From: an uncultured delta proteobacterium
GTDB lineage: Bacteria; Desulfobacterota; Binatia; HRBIN30; BPIQ01
DNA: 64,000 nt
NCBI GenBank assembly: GCA_963761335.1
Contig: CAVXGR010000005.1
Coordinates: 192,001-256,000 of the forward strand
Direction: 5' to 3'
Under the pieces are notes generated by a model. It did no database searches and had not been told where the DNA came from. It saw only the letters and a list, made by a program, of their open reading frames with translations. Positions 29,327-40,285 of the stretch are shown one piece after another. Numbering within the stretch: the stretch's first letter is position 1; each line of letters starts with the position of its first letter. Position numbers and translations under genes: made by a program.

Positions 29327-29889
29327 CGGCTGGCCCCCCCGGACTTCGCGGCGCGCAAGCAGAGCAGGCCGACCACGTCGGCCAGATCGCAGTGGTAGGC
29401 GATGTCGCCGGCCGTGCGATAGCGGCGTACGAAGGGATCCTCGGCCTCCTCTCCCATGTCGGTGACGTGGCCAAGCAGATCGCCGGCACCGCTCTGGGCC
29501 CCGGGCCGGCCCAGGTGCAGGCCTAGACACCAGAACGCCATGGCCGCGCCGGCGTCACCCCAACGTTCCACCGGCAGGCCACGCACCAAGAGAAACCCGC
29601 GGCCGTCCGTGAGCTCGCGGCGCCACTCGCCGATGCGCGCGGCCAGCCGGGGCAGCGGAAAATCCTCGACCTGTGCCTCGGCCATGGCCCGGCCGCTGCG
29701 GCGAACGCAGGCCAGCGCGTTGTCGAGCTCAGCGACGTCGGCCTCGGTCAGGGCGACGCGCCAGCTCTCCTCTTCGCGAAGCTCGGCACCTCGCCATGCC
29801 GCGGCGACCTGGAGCGGCGCGCGCAAGACCTCCTCCTGGTCGCGCTGAAAGTAGTGAAGCGCCTGCTCGACGAAGCTCAGGTACGCCAC
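29327..29889 (-). pseudogene. Truncated TauD/TfdA-family dioxygenase
   Basis: AAWRGAEL..FPLP..GRGFLLVRGLP..YHCD..DVVGLLCLR.AKSGGAS, then abrupt junction into the LLM fragment. Confidence 0.8.
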
Positions 29890-30111
29890 GGTCTCACTCC
29901 AACGTGAGCTGCTCTGCGAGCGCCTCGAGCTGGACGACGTCCACGGTCGCGGGCGATGCCGGCACCACTCGAGCGCGCCGGCGCAGACCATGTCCCGCGG
30001 CACAAGGTCCTATGGATTACCCAGACACTTGCCTCCAAGAGGGCAAGGATAGGCGCAATACTGGGCCGGAATTTCAGCGGAAGTGTCTGTTGGTCAGCCA
30101 CTCGTTGAGGT

Positions 30112-31224
30112 TCAACCCCGATCACCGCTCTTCGACGCTGTCGGCCGGAAGCAGTCGATCAGTTCTTTGCAGAATCGCACGACGGCGGCGCCCTTGTGCG
30201 GCGCGGTGTTCCCGAGGCGGACGGCGATCAGGTCGAGCTTGGGACTGATCAGAACGCGCTGGCCGAAGGCGCCGCTGCAATGGAAGAGGCCGAGGCTCCC
30301 CGGGATGACCCAGAAGTGAGCGCCGTAGAGGCCGCCCGATTGCGGCGTCGGGCGACGCGAGTAATCCACCCAGCTCTCCGGCAGGATCCGGCTGCCGTCC
30401 CACACCCCGTCGCGCAGGTAGAGATAGCCAAAGCGGGCGAAGTCGCGGGCGCTGCAGTAGCAGCTGGCAGAGCCGATGAAGGTCCCGGCCGCATCGAATC
30501 TCGGGTCGGCGGTCTTCATGCCGAGGGGTCCGAACAGCTCGCGCTGCATGAAGGCGCGCATCTCGGCCTCGCCTCCGCCGACAGTCTCGCTCACCAGCCG
30601 CGAGAGCAGGTTGCTGGCGCCGCTGTTGTAGTTCCACCGCGACTCCGGCTCCGCCTGATAGGGCAGGGTGGCGGCGAAGGCGGCGGCGTCGTTCTTGCCG
30701 GAGCCGAACAGCATGGGGATCACGTCGGACTCCTCTTCCGGGTAGTAGCGGATGGAGCCGTCGCCCAGGTGCTCCGCTTCGCGGAAGCGGAGGCCATCGA
30801 CCATGCGCAGCATCTGGTCGATGGTGATCCGCCGGCGCGGATCGCCGGCCGCCCACTCCTTCACGGGAATCGGCTGCGAGATGTCGAGCCGCCCCTGCCG
30901 CGCCAGAATGCCGACGAGACCGCTGGTGATGCTCTTCGCCATCGACCAGGAAATGAAGGCGCGGTCGGGATCGACGCCCACTCGATAGCGCTCGGCGACG
31001 ATGGCGCCGTGCTGCACGACGACCACGGCGTTGGTGCGCTCGAGATCGTCCGGCTCGGGCTGACGGAAAGCGTGATCCATCAAGGCGTCGAGCTTGGCGC
31101 GATCGACGCGCGGATCGAGCTCGGCATACGGCCAGGCCTGCGTCGGCCAGGGAATGCCCTCGGGATGCGACGGCAGCGGGAGCAGTGGGGGCGAAGCGAG
31201 GGTCTGCGCACCGAAAGAAGGCAT
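30112..31224 (-). CDS. Serine hydrolase, class C beta-lactamase-like family
   Basis: SWSMAKS (SxxK), WNYNSG, ARDFARFG, GAFGQ; start approximate. Confidence 0.88.
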   Translation of the reverse strand: MPSFGAQTLASPPLLPLPSHPEGIPWPTQAWPYAELDPRVDRAKLDALMDHAFRQPEPDDLERTNAVVVVQHGAIVAERYRVGVDPDRAFISWSMAKSITSGLVGILARQGRLDISQPIPVKEWAAGDPRRRITIDQMLRMVDGLRFREAEHLGDGSIRYYPEEESDVIPMLFGSGKNDAAAFAATLPYQAEPESRWNYNSGASNLLSRLVSETVGGGEAEMRAFMQRELFGPLGMKTADPRFDAAGTFIGSASCYCSARDFARFGYLYLRDGVWDGSRILPESWVDYSRRPTPQSGGLYGAHFWVIPGSLGLFHCSGAFGQRVLISPKLDLIAVRLGNTAPHKGAAVVRFCKELIDCFRPTASKSGDRG

Positions 31225-31405
31225 GGTGCGCAGCATACGCCGCCGAGGTCGCCGCGGGCAACGCCCGCGCCCTATCCTGTCGGCACGCAAAGTGGACGGG
31301 GTCGGACCTCAGCAACCCTTTGATAATCCTCGCAAATCGTCCCTGGATGAGGCCCTGTGAGAGCTTGGGCGTGTAATTTCGATGGCAAAATGGGCCGTCC
31401 TGCGC

Positions 31406-31523
31406 GCATGGCGTGCGCCGTCAGAGCCACGATCGGCACATGGGAGCCGTTGGCTCGTTCGCGTTCGCGGAGCGCCGCCGTGGCCTCGAAACCGTCCATC
31501 TCGGGCATCTGCACATCCATGAG
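31406..31523 (-). pseudogene. Response-regulator receiver fragment
   Basis: [22 protein letters not shown]...[10 protein letters not shown] only; both ends of the REC domain missing. Confidence 0.7.
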
Positions 31524-31570
31524 CCTCGAGCTGTCTGCATGACTCAACCGTCCAGCGGGCGCTGTGCTAA

Positions 31571-34147
31571 CTAACCGGTCACCTCCGCCGCTGTCTGCGC
31601 CGGCGGCGGCTCGACTGGTGCAGCGGCAGTGGGCGGACCCAACGGCAGCAGGGAGTCGATGAGCGAGAACAATCTGCTCGGCTGAATCGGCTTGGCGACG
31701 TAGCCGTCCATGCCGGCCTGCAGGCAGCGCTCCTCGTCGCCCTTCAGGGCGTGAGCGGTCATGGCGATGATCGGGATGTGCGTGTCGCTCATCTGCTCAC
31801 GCGCCCGAATCGCTGCGGTTGCTTCGAAGCCGTCCATCTCCGGCATTTGCACATCCATCAGCACGACGTCGAAAGCTTCCCGGTCGAAGGCGCTCACGGC
31901 AGCCGCGCCGGTCGCGGCCACCTCGACCGTGTGGCCGTGCTTCTCCAACAGGCGTATGCCGAGCTTCTGGTTGACCAAGTTGTCCTCGGCGAGCAGCACG
32001 TGCAGCGACCGGCGAGTCGGACCCGCGACGAGCGTGGCGGTAGGCCCGGCGGCACCCGGCGCCGATCGCGGATGTGTCGCGGCGGCGGGCTGAACCGTGA
32101 AGCACGCCGTGAAGTGGAACGTGCTCCCCGTGCCAACCGCGCTTTCTACCCAGATACGGCCGTGCATCATCTCCACGAGCTTCGCCGAGATCGTCAGCCC
32201 GAGCCCCGTGCCGCCGTACTTGCGCGCGGTGGAGCTGTCGACCTGCTGGAAGGCCGTGAAGATGCCCTGCTGCTTCTCGGGTGGAACGCCGATGCCGGTG
32301 TCGCGCACGGTGAAGTGCAGCTCGACGGAGCCCGGCGCGATGTCCATGGGTTGCACCGCCACGTTGACCTCGCCGTGCTCGGTGAACTTGATGGCGTTGC
32401 CGACGAGATTGAGGACGATCTGTCGCAGGCGCGCCGAATCGCCGACGAGCGCGTCGGGTACGCCGGGCGCGACCTGCACGGTCAGCCGAAGGCCTTTCTC
32501 CAATGCGCGCAGGCGAAAGATCTTCATAATCTGGTCGAGACAGTCGCGCAGAGGGAAGTCTACCTGGTCGATGTCGAACCGGCCCGCCTCGATCTTGGAG
32601 AAGTCGAGGATGTCGTTGATGACCGCCATCAGCGCGCGGGCGGAGGACTGCATGAGCTCGAGGTATTCCCGCTGTTCGGTCGCGAGCGGTGTATCGGCGA
32701 GGAGGTCCGCCATCCCGATGATGCCGTTCATCGGCGTGCGGATCTCGTGGCTCATGTTCGCCAGGAACTCGCTCTTGGCGCGGTTGGCCGCCTCCGCGGC
32801 CTCCTTGGTGCGGCACAACTCTTCGGTGGCCCGCTTGCGGTCGGTGACATCGTGGAAGTACCACACCCGGCCGTGGTACCGGCCGTTGGGGCCGAGCATC
32901 GGCGCCGAGTAGCGATCGAAGGTGCGCCCATCGAGCAGCGCGACCTCCGCCTGACTTCTCTCGTCTCGGTGCTCGTAGAGGTAGGTCACCCGCGCCAGGA
33001 AGGCCTGGGCATCGGCCACCTTGGCGAGGACCCATTCGAGCACCGGTGCATTCGCGCCCGAGGCGACGCGATCGGGTGGAACGCCCCACATATCGACGAA
33101 GCGCTGATTCATGGAAATGACGTGCCGCTGCTCGTCGACGACCAGGATCCCGTCGATGGATGTCTGCTGCTCGGTTGACAGCATCGTGTTGCTGAACTCG
33201 AGGGCTGCTTCCATCCGTTTGCGTTCGGTGATGTCCCGCGAGGTCACGATCCCAAGCGGTTGCTCGCCGAGCTTCCGGCCGATGGTCTCCAGATAGCGCC
33301 ATGACCCGTCGCGATGGCGCGCGCGCCATTCGACCACCTGCGCCGTGCCCGGCTGGTCGACGATCGCCGGCGCCCACGATTGGATGAGCGTAGCGACATC
33401 GTCGGGATGGACGAGGGCGATGGCATTCGTTCCGACCAGCCCGGCGGCGGGATAGCCGAGCATGCGCTCGTGCGATGGGCTGGCATACTGAATGATGCCG
33501 TCGCCGTCGACGATGCCAATCAGGTCGGAGACATTCTCGATGAGCGTTCGGAAGTGCGCTTCGCTGTTGCGCACAGCCAACGTGCGCTGAACGACGAGCC
33601 CGCGCTGGCGCTCCAGCTCGTAGGCCACGTAGACCGAGGCGGCGAACATGACCACGGCCGCGGTTCCCGTGTAGCTGAGCGCCGGCGCCAGATTTCCCGC
33701 CACCCACCAGGCGTTCGCCGCGATGGCCAGCTCGGCGCAGATCACGGCGGCGAGCTGTGGCCGGAGCCCCCAGGGGAACAGGGTCGCCGCGAACATGCAG
33801 CCGCTGCCGAGGATCAGCGATGTGGTTACCGTGTCATGCCGCAAGATGCTCACGGCCGCCGCCTCGATGCAGAGCGCGACGCTGACCACGATCGCGAGCG
33901 CCAGCGAGTGGGTCGCCAGCCGCGGCCGTCGCAACGCCTGCAGCAGCGCGATCAGCAGCAGCGCCAGGGCGGATCGAAGCGCATAGGTCGGCAGGATGGG
34001 CAGCGGATCGCGCCACAGGTCTCGGGCGGTGAGTAGGCCGAGCCCCAGCAGCATGATCCACAAGCTGACGCGCAACCGCTGCGCCAGCAGCAACTCGTTT
34101 TGGTGGCGCAGGTGCGCCGAGTCGACATTCGCTGGGGGGTGTCGCAT
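31571..34147 (-). CDS. Membrane hybrid sensor histidine kinase (TM, 2x PAS, HisKA, HATPase, REC)
   Basis: [49 protein letters not shown]. Confidence 0.95.
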   Translation of the reverse strand: MRHPPANVDSAHLRHQNELLLAQRLRVSLWIMLLGLGLLTARDLWRDPLPILPTYALRSALALLLIALLQALRRPRLATHSLALAIVVSVALCIEAAAVSILRHDTVTTSLILGSGCMFAATLFPWGLRPQLAAVICAELAIAANAWWVAGNLAPALSYTGTAAVVMFAASVYVAYELERQRGLVVQRTLAVRNSEAHFRTLIENVSDLIGIVDGDGIIQYASPSHERMLGYPAAGLVGTNAIALVHPDDVATLIQSWAPAIVDQPGTAQVVEWRARHRDGSWRYLETIGRKLGEQPLGIVTSRDITERKRMEAALEFSNTMLSTEQQTSIDGILVVDEQRHVISMNQRFVDMWGVPPDRVASGANAPVLEWVLAKVADAQAFLARVTYLYEHRDERSQAEVALLDGRTFDRYSAPMLGPNGRYHGRVWYFHDVTDRKRATEELCRTKEAAEAANRAKSEFLANMSHEIRTPMNGIIGMADLLADTPLATEQREYLELMQSSARALMAVINDILDFSKIEAGRFDIDQVDFPLRDCLDQIMKIFRLRALEKGLRLTVQVAPGVPDALVGDSARLRQIVLNLVGNAIKFTEHGEVNVAVQPMDIAPGSVELHFTVRDTGIGVPPEKQQGIFTAFQQVDSSTARKYGGTGLGLTISAKLVEMMHGRIWVESAVGTGSTFHFTACFTVQPAAATHPRSAPGAAGPTATLVAGPTRRSLHVLLAEDNLVNQKLGIRLLEKHGHTVEVAATGAAAVSAFDREAFDVVLMDVQMPEMDGFEATAAIRAREQMSDTHIPIIAMTAHALKGDEERCLQAGMDGYVAKPIQPSRLFSLIDSLLPLGPPTAAAPVEPPPAQTAAEVTG

Positions 34148-34503
34148 GATCGTGGCCGGGCCGCGGGGCGGCTGTGGCCTCCCTGCGGCGGGTTCCGTAA
34201 ACGGGAACTTTGCACCTGCCATGCCGCTGGCCGATTGGAACCGCGACGGGGACCAGTCTCTTCCCCCGCGGATCGCTGCGCAGTCATTTTGGTGCCGAAT
34301 CGGTCGAACTTATGGCCGGCATGACACTGGCCCGGTCTCGAGTGTCGTCCATACGGGGGAGCCGAGCGACGGCTCTGGGCGCGGCACTGTGACGTTCAGC
34401 CCAAACCGGGAGCCTGATCCGGGAAAGGGGTACCTGCCGGGAAAGGGGTACCTGCCGGAAAAATGCGGCCGGGACGGCCGCGCTCCCAGGGCAACAGGCA
34501 AAG

Positions 34504-34575
<72 letters not shown>

Positions 34576-34596
34576 AGATGGGAGGTGGGAGTGACC

Positions 34597-34625
34597 TATC
34601 TATGGCAGGGGCGCGGGTGTGTCAA
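34597..34625 (-). promoter_or_regulatory. Candidate sigma70 promoter of the tRNA
   Basis: TTGACA-17 nt-TAGATA. Confidence 0.55.
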
Positions 34626-34744
34626 ACGTATTGTTTGTGCGGCTGGGGGGTGCCGCGTCGCTGGGGGAAGAGAATGTAGAATGAAGAACCGGTGACCGGG
34701 GATTGAGAATGGAGAATGGGGGAGGAGGGCGGCGGTACCGGGGG

Positions 34745-35104
34745 TCAGGACGGGGAGGGGGTTCCGGCGCGGCAGTCCTTGAGGCACTGGCCGGCGGCGT
34801 CGAGGCACTGGCGCACCTCGGCGCGGCGCACCTCGCGGCAGGTGTCGTAGCAGAGTCGTGCCTGGTCGAGCTCCGGGCAGTCCTGCGACGGTGTCGCCTC
34901 CGGGCACTGGCGCACCGCGGCGCGCTTGCTGTCGCGACAGGGGCGCAGGCAGTCGCGCATCGCCGGGCGGCCCTGGAGCAGACAGGCGCGCAGGCCCTGG
35001 CCGCAGGGGATGGCGCAGCTGCTGGGCGATTGCGCCAGAGCCGGCAGCGCGGCTGCGGCGAGAAGAATCACGAGGGTGAAGAGACTGCGGATGGGTTTGA
35101 TCAT
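34745..35104 (-). CDS. Small secreted 12-Cys protein
   Basis: Signal peptide ending ALA|Q; 12 Cys in a helical, mirror-spaced pattern. Confidence 0.75.
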   Translation of the reverse strand: MIKPIRSLFTLVILLAAAALPALAQSPSSCAIPCGQGLRACLLQGRPAMRDCLRPCRDSKRAAVRQCPEATPSQDCPELDQARLCYDTCREVRRAEVRQCLDAAGQCLKDCRAGTPSPS

Positions 35105-35244
35105 GCGGGCGGCGGCGGCCTTGAACCCAAGAGTATAGCTGGCGCCGCAGGCGGCCGCAAATGGGACCGTTGTCGATGAGGTCGCCGGCTCCTCGTTGTG
35201 CGCTTCTCGGCTACGGACGCCGCCACAGCTCCCCCTTATCGTTC

Positions 35245-35381
35245 CCCATTCTCATTCCCGGTTCTCATCCCGTCGTTTTCCGTTGTTCTGCAAGCGGCGT
35301 AAGAGCGCCCAGCTGCACGAGTTATTCGTCGCTGTCAGAGAAATGGAAAACGACGGGATGAGAACCGGGAATGAGAATGGG
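35245..35381. repeat. Long inverted-repeat element (family C)
   Basis: Perfect 37-bp arms cccattctcattcccggttctcatcccgtcgttttcc; second copy at 56417-56551. Confidence 0.88.
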
Positions 35382-35549
35382 AATGAGGAGCGAGGCTTAT
35401 CGGTGGCCTCGCCTCGACCCCTGGGGTCCGCCGCCTGGTAGCCGGGGTTGAAAACCCCCGGCGACCATCACGAGGAACGCGCTCCGGCGACCAACTGCGC
35501 TGGGGCGGGCCTCAGCCCAGCTTGCGATCAGTGCGCCGGAGCGGGAATC

Positions 35550-36038
35550 TCAGCCGAGCTTGCCGAGGACGGAGTCGGCGCTGGAGACGTTGAGCCCCGG
35601 GCCGGGCTCGACGAGCAGGTCCTGGATCTTGCCGTCGCTGACGATCATGGCGTAGCGCTGCGAGCGCTGCCCCATGCCGAAGCCGCTGGCGTCCAGGCCG
35701 AGGCCGAGGGCCTTGGTGAACTCGCCGTTGCCGTCGGCGACCATGCGCACCTTGCCGTCCGCCTTCTGCTGCTTGCCCCAGGCGCCCATGACGAAGGCGT
35801 CGTTGACGGCGAGACAGATGATCTCGTCGACTCCCTTGCTGCGGATCGCCTCGCTCTTCTCGACGAACCCAGGCAGGTGCTTCATCGAGCACGTCGGGGT
35901 GAACGCCCCGGGCACGGCGAAGATGACCACCTTCTTGCCCTTGGTCAGCTCGCCGACGGTGACGTCCTTGGGACCGCTGTCCCCCATCTCCTTCAGCTTC
36001 ATATCGGCCGGCAGCGCGTCTCCAACCTTCAATGCCAT
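35550..36038 (-). CDS. Peroxiredoxin, Prx5 type
   Basis: AVPGAFTPTCSMKHLPGF, VNDAFVM, RSQRYAM. Confidence 0.95.
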   Translation of the reverse strand: MALKVGDALPADMKLKEMGDSGPKDVTVGELTKGKKVVIFAVPGAFTPTCSMKHLPGFVEKSEAIRSKGVDEIICLAVNDAFVMGAWGKQQKADGKVRMVADGNGEFTKALGLGLDASGFGMGQRSQRYAMIVSDGKIQDLLVEPGPGLNVSSADSVLGKLG

Positions 36039-36117
36039 AGCTCGCCTCCTTCTTCTGTGTGAGTTGAGTCCTTTCGTCTAGCCCTTGGCGGGGGCGGCCG
36101 CAACGGGTGAAGAAGGG

Positions 36118-36356
36118 GGGAACCGCAGAGGCGCAGAGATCGCAGAGGAAGACAAACCGCAGAAGCGCAAAGAGCGCAGAGAAAGAACGCCAAGAGGAAA
36201 AGGGGCCAGGCCGCTCCAACCGGACCACCAAGTAGCAGCGGAGCAGCTTGATCGCGGAGCGGCCTGGCCCCTTTTCCCCCTCTGCGATTCTTTCTTGGCG
36301 TCCTCGGCGCCTTGGCGGTCTCTCCTCTCTGCGATCCCTGCGCCTCTGCGGTTCCC
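36118..36356. repeat. Nested intergenic inverted repeats built from CGCAGAG-like units
   Basis: Outer arms 36118-36147 / 36327-36356; perfect 22-bp inner arms 36196-36217 / 36256-36277. Confidence 0.8.
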
Positions 36357-36404
36357 GCCTCTGCCCCATTGCGACGGCCCCCGCAACGCGGTACGGGAGA
36401 GCCG

Positions 36405-37187
36405 ATGCGCAAGCGCAACTACGCCATCGGCGCGGGGTTCGTGCTCGGGCTGTTCGCCGTGGTGAGCTACTTCGCCCTGGTGACGCCGATGATCGGGCCT
36501 CGCATCCCGTTCCTGCGCGACGTACCGCTGCTCAACTTCGCGCTGCTGGCGGCGGCGCTGCTGCTCTCCTGGATCGGCGTACGCCGCGCCTTCTCGCAGC
36601 GGGCGGAGTACCGCGGCGTCTGGCTCGGCTCGATCCTGGCCGGCCTCAACCTCGGCCTTGCCGCGCTCTTCGTCTGGTACGTGGCCGTGTTTTCCTCAGA
36701 GCTGCCGGAATCGCCGAACGCCCCCAGAGTCGGCGTGCAGGCGCCGGACTTCACTCTCCCCGATCAGAGCGGCCAGCCGCTCTCGCTTGCGGATCTCCGC
36801 GGTCAGAAGGTGCTGCTGGTCTTCTACCGCGGCTACTGGTGACCATTCTGCATGTCGGAGCTGCAGGGTCTGCAGCTGAGCTATGACGAGTTCCGCCGCC
36901 GCGGTGTGCGCATCGTCGCAATCGTCGTCGACCCGGTCGAGCGCAACGCCGAGGTGGTCGCCAATCTCGGCCTGAGCTATCCGATCCTCGCCGATCCGGA
37001 GCTGAAGGCGATCGATGCATACGGCGTGCGACACAGCCATGCGCCCGGCGGCGTCGGCGACATTGCGCGGCCGGCGAGCTTTCTTCTCGACGAGCAGGGC
37101 GTGGTTCGCTGGCGCGATCTCACCCAGAACTACCGCATCCGCCCGCGGCCGCAGACGATTCTGGCGCAGGTGGATGGGATGTCGTGA
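36405..37187 (+). CDS. Membrane-anchored AhpC/TSA peroxiredoxin-like selenoprotein (UxxC)
   Basis: Two in-frame ORFs joined by TGA 36840-36842: APDFTLPD..LLVFYRGYW-U-PFCMSEL..YPILAD..ARPASFLLD. Confidence 0.88.
36859..36877 (+). promoter_or_regulatory. Putative bacterial SECIS element
   Basis: AGCTGCAG-GGT-CTGCAGCT hairpin; G-containing loop begins 24 nt after the UGA. Confidence 0.72.
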
Positions 37188-37309
37188 GCCGGGGACAGGG
37201 GCGAGAAGAGCAGTTGAGAAGACAATGGAGAATGGAGAACCGGTGACCGGGAATGGAGAGCCGGCCAACCGATGCGCTCACTGTCGGGGCGCGAGGAGAG
37301 AGGTCCGCG

Positions 37310-38569
37310 ATGCGCCTCGGCCGCTATGACAATCCGTACAAGTGCGTCTCGTTCGCGTCGATCGACGCCGCCGTGAATCGGGAGCTGGTGCCGCTGGAGG
37401 CGGACGACGGCGGCCTCAGCCAGGGGACGCTTTACACCAGCGGGCGACGCCGCACCGTCGTCTGCTTCATGCATCCCAAGGCGGATATGAGCCGGCACTA
37501 TGCCATTCCGCACCTGCTGGCCGCGGGCTACGCCGCCTTCGGCCAGAACAGCCGCTGGCTCAACAACGATGAGCTCTGCGTTCACGAGACGCTGCTGCTC
37601 GACGTCGCCGCCGGCATTCGCTTTCTGCGCGGCCGTGGCTTCGACCAAATCGTCCTCGTCGGCAACAGCGGCGGTGGCTCGCTCTATACCCTTTATCAGT
37701 CACAGGCATCGACGCCGCCTCCGGGGCGGCTGTCGGAGACGCCGGCGGGCGACCCACCCGATCTGAACGCCTGCGATCTGCCGCCCGCCGACGGCCTGGT
37801 TCTCCTGGCGGCGCACCTCGGCGAGGGGCTGATCCTGATGGACATGATCGATCCCTCGGTCGTCGATGAGAGCGATCCGCTGTCGGTCGATCCGGCGCTC
37901 GACCCCTACAATCCCGGGAACGGCTATCGCCGTCCGCCCGAGTCGAGCCGCTACACGGCGGAGTTCGTGCAGCGCTACCGCGGCGCGCAGCGCGCCCGCA
38001 TCGAGCGCCTCGACGCCGCGGCGCGCGCGCACCTGAAACGCCGCGGCGAGGCGCGCGCCGCCATCGGCGATTCCGGCTTCGCGGCGCGGCCATGGGCGGA
38101 GCAGGCGGGCGCTCTGCGCGGCGGGGTCGTCTGCCCCTACGTGGTCGTCTACCGCACGGAGGCCGATCTTCGCGCCCTCGACCTCTCGCTCGACCCGTCG
38201 GAACGCGACGCCGGGACGCTCTTCTCGTACCGTCCCGATCTGACCAACTACATGGAGTTCGGCTTCGGCCGCGTCTCCACCCCGCGCGCCTGGCTGAGCA
38301 CGTGGTCGGCGATCTCGTCGCACGCCAGCGTGCCGCGCAACGGGCGCGCCATCAAGGTCCCGTCTCTGGTGGTCTCCTACACCGGGGACAATGCCATCTT
38401 CCCCGGTGACGCGCGGGCGGCCTTCGAGGCGCTCGGCGCCGACGACAAGGAGCTGACCTTCGTCCCCGGCGACCACTACGGCTTCGCCGTCGGCACCCAG
38501 GAGCGCCGCGGCGCTCCCCAGGCGCTGGCGCGCCTCTGCGAATGGCTGGGGAAACGCTTCCCCAATTGA
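37310..38569 (+). CDS. Alpha/beta hydrolase
   Basis: LVGNSGGGSL elbow, GDN, GDHY; GAGG RBS. Confidence 0.82.
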   Translation: MRLGRYDNPYKCVSFASIDAAVNRELVPLEADDGGLSQGTLYTSGRRRTVVCFMHPKADMSRHYAIPHLLAAGYAAFGQNSRWLNNDELCVHETLLLDVAAGIRFLRGRGFDQIVLVGNSGGGSLYTLYQSQASTPPPGRLSETPAGDPPDLNACDLPPADGLVLLAAHLGEGLILMDMIDPSVVDESDPLSVDPALDPYNPGNGYRRPPESSRYTAEFVQRYRGAQRARIERLDAAARAHLKRRGEARAAIGDSGFAARPWAEQAGALRGGVVCPYVVVYRTEADLRALDLSLDPSERDAGTLFSYRPDLTNYMEFGFGRVSTPRAWLSTWSAISSHASVPRNGRAIKVPSLVVSYTGDNAIFPGDARAAFEALGADDKELTFVPGDHYGFAVGTQERRGAPQALARLCEWLGKRFPN

Positions 38570-38570
38570 G

Positions 38571-39443
38571 ATGATCCGCATGACCAAAGCGCAACAGATC
38601 CGCAACCTCCTGCGCCAGGGGCGACCACTGGTCCTCGGCGGCGTCTACGACGGCATCAGCACGCGCATCGCCCACCGCCAGGGATTCGAGGTGCTCTTCG
38701 TGGGTGGCTTCAGCGTCGCCGCGGCGCTGCTGGGCGAGCCCGACTTCGGCTACCTGACGCAGACGGAGATGGCCGAGACGGCGCGGCGCGTCTGCCGCCT
38801 CACCGACCGGCCGGTCCTGGTCGACGCCGACACCGGCTACGGCAATGCGCTCAACGTCATCCGCACCGTGGAGCTCTGGCAGAACGCCGGCGCCGCCGGC
38901 ATCTTCCTCGAGGATCAGGTCTGGCCCAAGCGCTGCGGCCACATGGCCGGCAAGCGGGTCGTCGAGCGCGGCGAATGGCTGGCGAAGCTGCGCGCCGCGC
39001 TCGAACGCCGCGGCGATACCGACCTGTTCGTGGTGGCGCGCACCGACGCGCGCGCTGCGATCAGCCTGGAGGAGGCGATCGAGCGCGGCAAGGCGGCCGC
39101 CGGGCTCGGCGTCGACGCGGTCTTCGTCGAGGCGCCGCAGTCGCTCGCCGAGCTGGAGACCATCGGACGAGAGATCCCCGGCGTGCGCGTCGCCAACATG
39201 GTCGAGCACGGACGAACGCCGTTGTTGACGCCAGAGGAGCTGCACCAGCTCGGCTTCGACCTGATCGTCACGCCGCTGGCACCGCTGATGGCAGCCGCAC
39301 GGGCGCTGGCGCGCACCTACGCCACGCTGCGGCAGCAGGGCACCATGCGCGACGATCTCGACGGGCTGATGCCGTTCGACGAGTTCAATCAGCTCGTCGA
39401 GCTGCCTCGGCACTACGATCTCGACGAGCGCTACCGCGGCTGA
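38571..39443 (+). CDS. Isocitrate lyase/PEP mutase family (methylisocitrate lyase-like)
   Basis: DADTGYG, LEDQVWPKRCGH, ARTDA, NMVEHGRTP. Confidence 0.9.
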   Translation: MIRMTKAQQIRNLLRQGRPLVLGGVYDGISTRIAHRQGFEVLFVGGFSVAAALLGEPDFGYLTQTEMAETARRVCRLTDRPVLVDADTGYGNALNVIRTVELWQNAGAAGIFLEDQVWPKRCGHMAGKRVVERGEWLAKLRAALERRGDTDLFVVARTDARAAISLEEAIERGKAAAGLGVDAVFVEAPQSLAELETIGREIPGVRVANMVEHGRTPLLTPEELHQLGFDLIVTPLAPLMAAARALARTYATLRQQGTMRDDLDGLMPFDEFNQLVELPRHYDLDERYRG

Positions 39444-39467
39444 GCGCGGCGTCGCCCCCGGCGCTTC

Positions 39468-40037
39468 TCAGTCCCAGGCGGGGTGGATGTCGACGCCGGC
39501 GTTGCCGAGAAAGCACGGCGTGGTGACGTAATCCGAGAACGTCCCGGTCTGCCCCGGGTCGAGATCGGACGGCTCCACCGAAATTTCTCCGCTCAGACAA
39601 GTCGTCCCCTGGCCGGGGTCGGTGATGCTCACCATGACGCTCACGCGGTGGGCGATCTCACCGCCGACGTTCTTCACCACGCCGGTGACCTTGCGGGTCT
39701 GCTGGCCGTCCGGCTTGGCGTTGTGCTCGGTCACGATCACCCGAGCCGGGCGGGGCTCCTGCTCGAGGTCCTGGGCTGCGGCCCCCCCCGCGGGCGACGG
39801 GGTGCCGGCCGCCTCGCTCCCGGGGTTGGCTCCAGGCGTTTCGTCGCCGCCGGTGGACAGCACGGGGGCGTTCTCGCCGAGCGAGCGCTGCTCGACGTTC
39901 TGCACGCCCTGGGGCTTCTGATCGGCAAAGTGGACGACACCGTTCTTGTCCTTCCACGTGTAGATGTTCTGGGCCACTGCCGCGGTAGCAAGCGCGGCAG
40001 TGACGACTGCGACCAGCAGGGTGGCTCGACAGGTCAT
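39468..40037 (-). CDS. Secreted DUF4124-domain protein with C-terminal Ig-like domain
   Basis: Signal peptide then IYTWKDKNGVVHFADQKP; VTGVVKNVG. Confidence 0.8.
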   Translation of the reverse strand: MTCRATLLVAVVTAALATAAVAQNIYTWKDKNGVVHFADQKPQGVQNVEQRSLGENAPVLSTGGDETPGANPGSEAAGTPSPAGGAAAQDLEQEPRPARVIVTEHNAKPDGQQTRKVTGVVKNVGGEIAHRVSVMVSITDPGQGTTCLSGEISVEPSDLDPGQTGTFSDYVTTPCFLGNAGVDIHPAWD

Positions 40038-40047
40038 TCGGCGACGA

Positions 40048-40076
40048 ACTCTATGGTTGCCGGATGGACAAGTCAA
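40048..40076 (-). promoter_or_regulatory. Sigma70-type promoter, near-leaderless
   Basis: TTGACT-17 nt-TAGAGT, 10 nt before the ATG at 40037. Confidence 0.6.
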
Positions 40077-40285
40077 CGGCGATTGAGCGAACGACACTCG
40101 GGCGACTTCGCCGTGTGCCGGCAGACGCACGATTTCGCACATCAGCTCACTCATTACCCGGCCGGCCGCGATGCCGGCGTTGAGAGTGGGCTGGTACGGA
40201 GATTGCCAGAACCTGCTCCTGGCTCCGATATCCGTCGATCTAGGACGAGTCTAGAGCTTGAAGGAGCCCGGAGGAGAAAACGGTT

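Noticed and set aside
30112..31224. Antibiotic-resistance beta-lactamase
   Set aside because: No signal peptide; resembles the broad esterase/amidase branch.
34421..34460. Tandem duplication gggaaaggggtacctgcc as a regulatory or att site
   Set aside because: Two adjacent copies only; no supporting context.
690..34503. Integrase-defined island or prophage at tRNA-Gly
   Set aside because: No integrase, no phage genes and no duplicated tRNA 3' end found by eye; only the accessory character is retained.
36312..37187. Two separate genes or a nonsense pseudogene
   Set aside because: TGA sits at the catalytic Cys position with a SECIS-like hairpin; selenocysteine readthrough is the better explanation.
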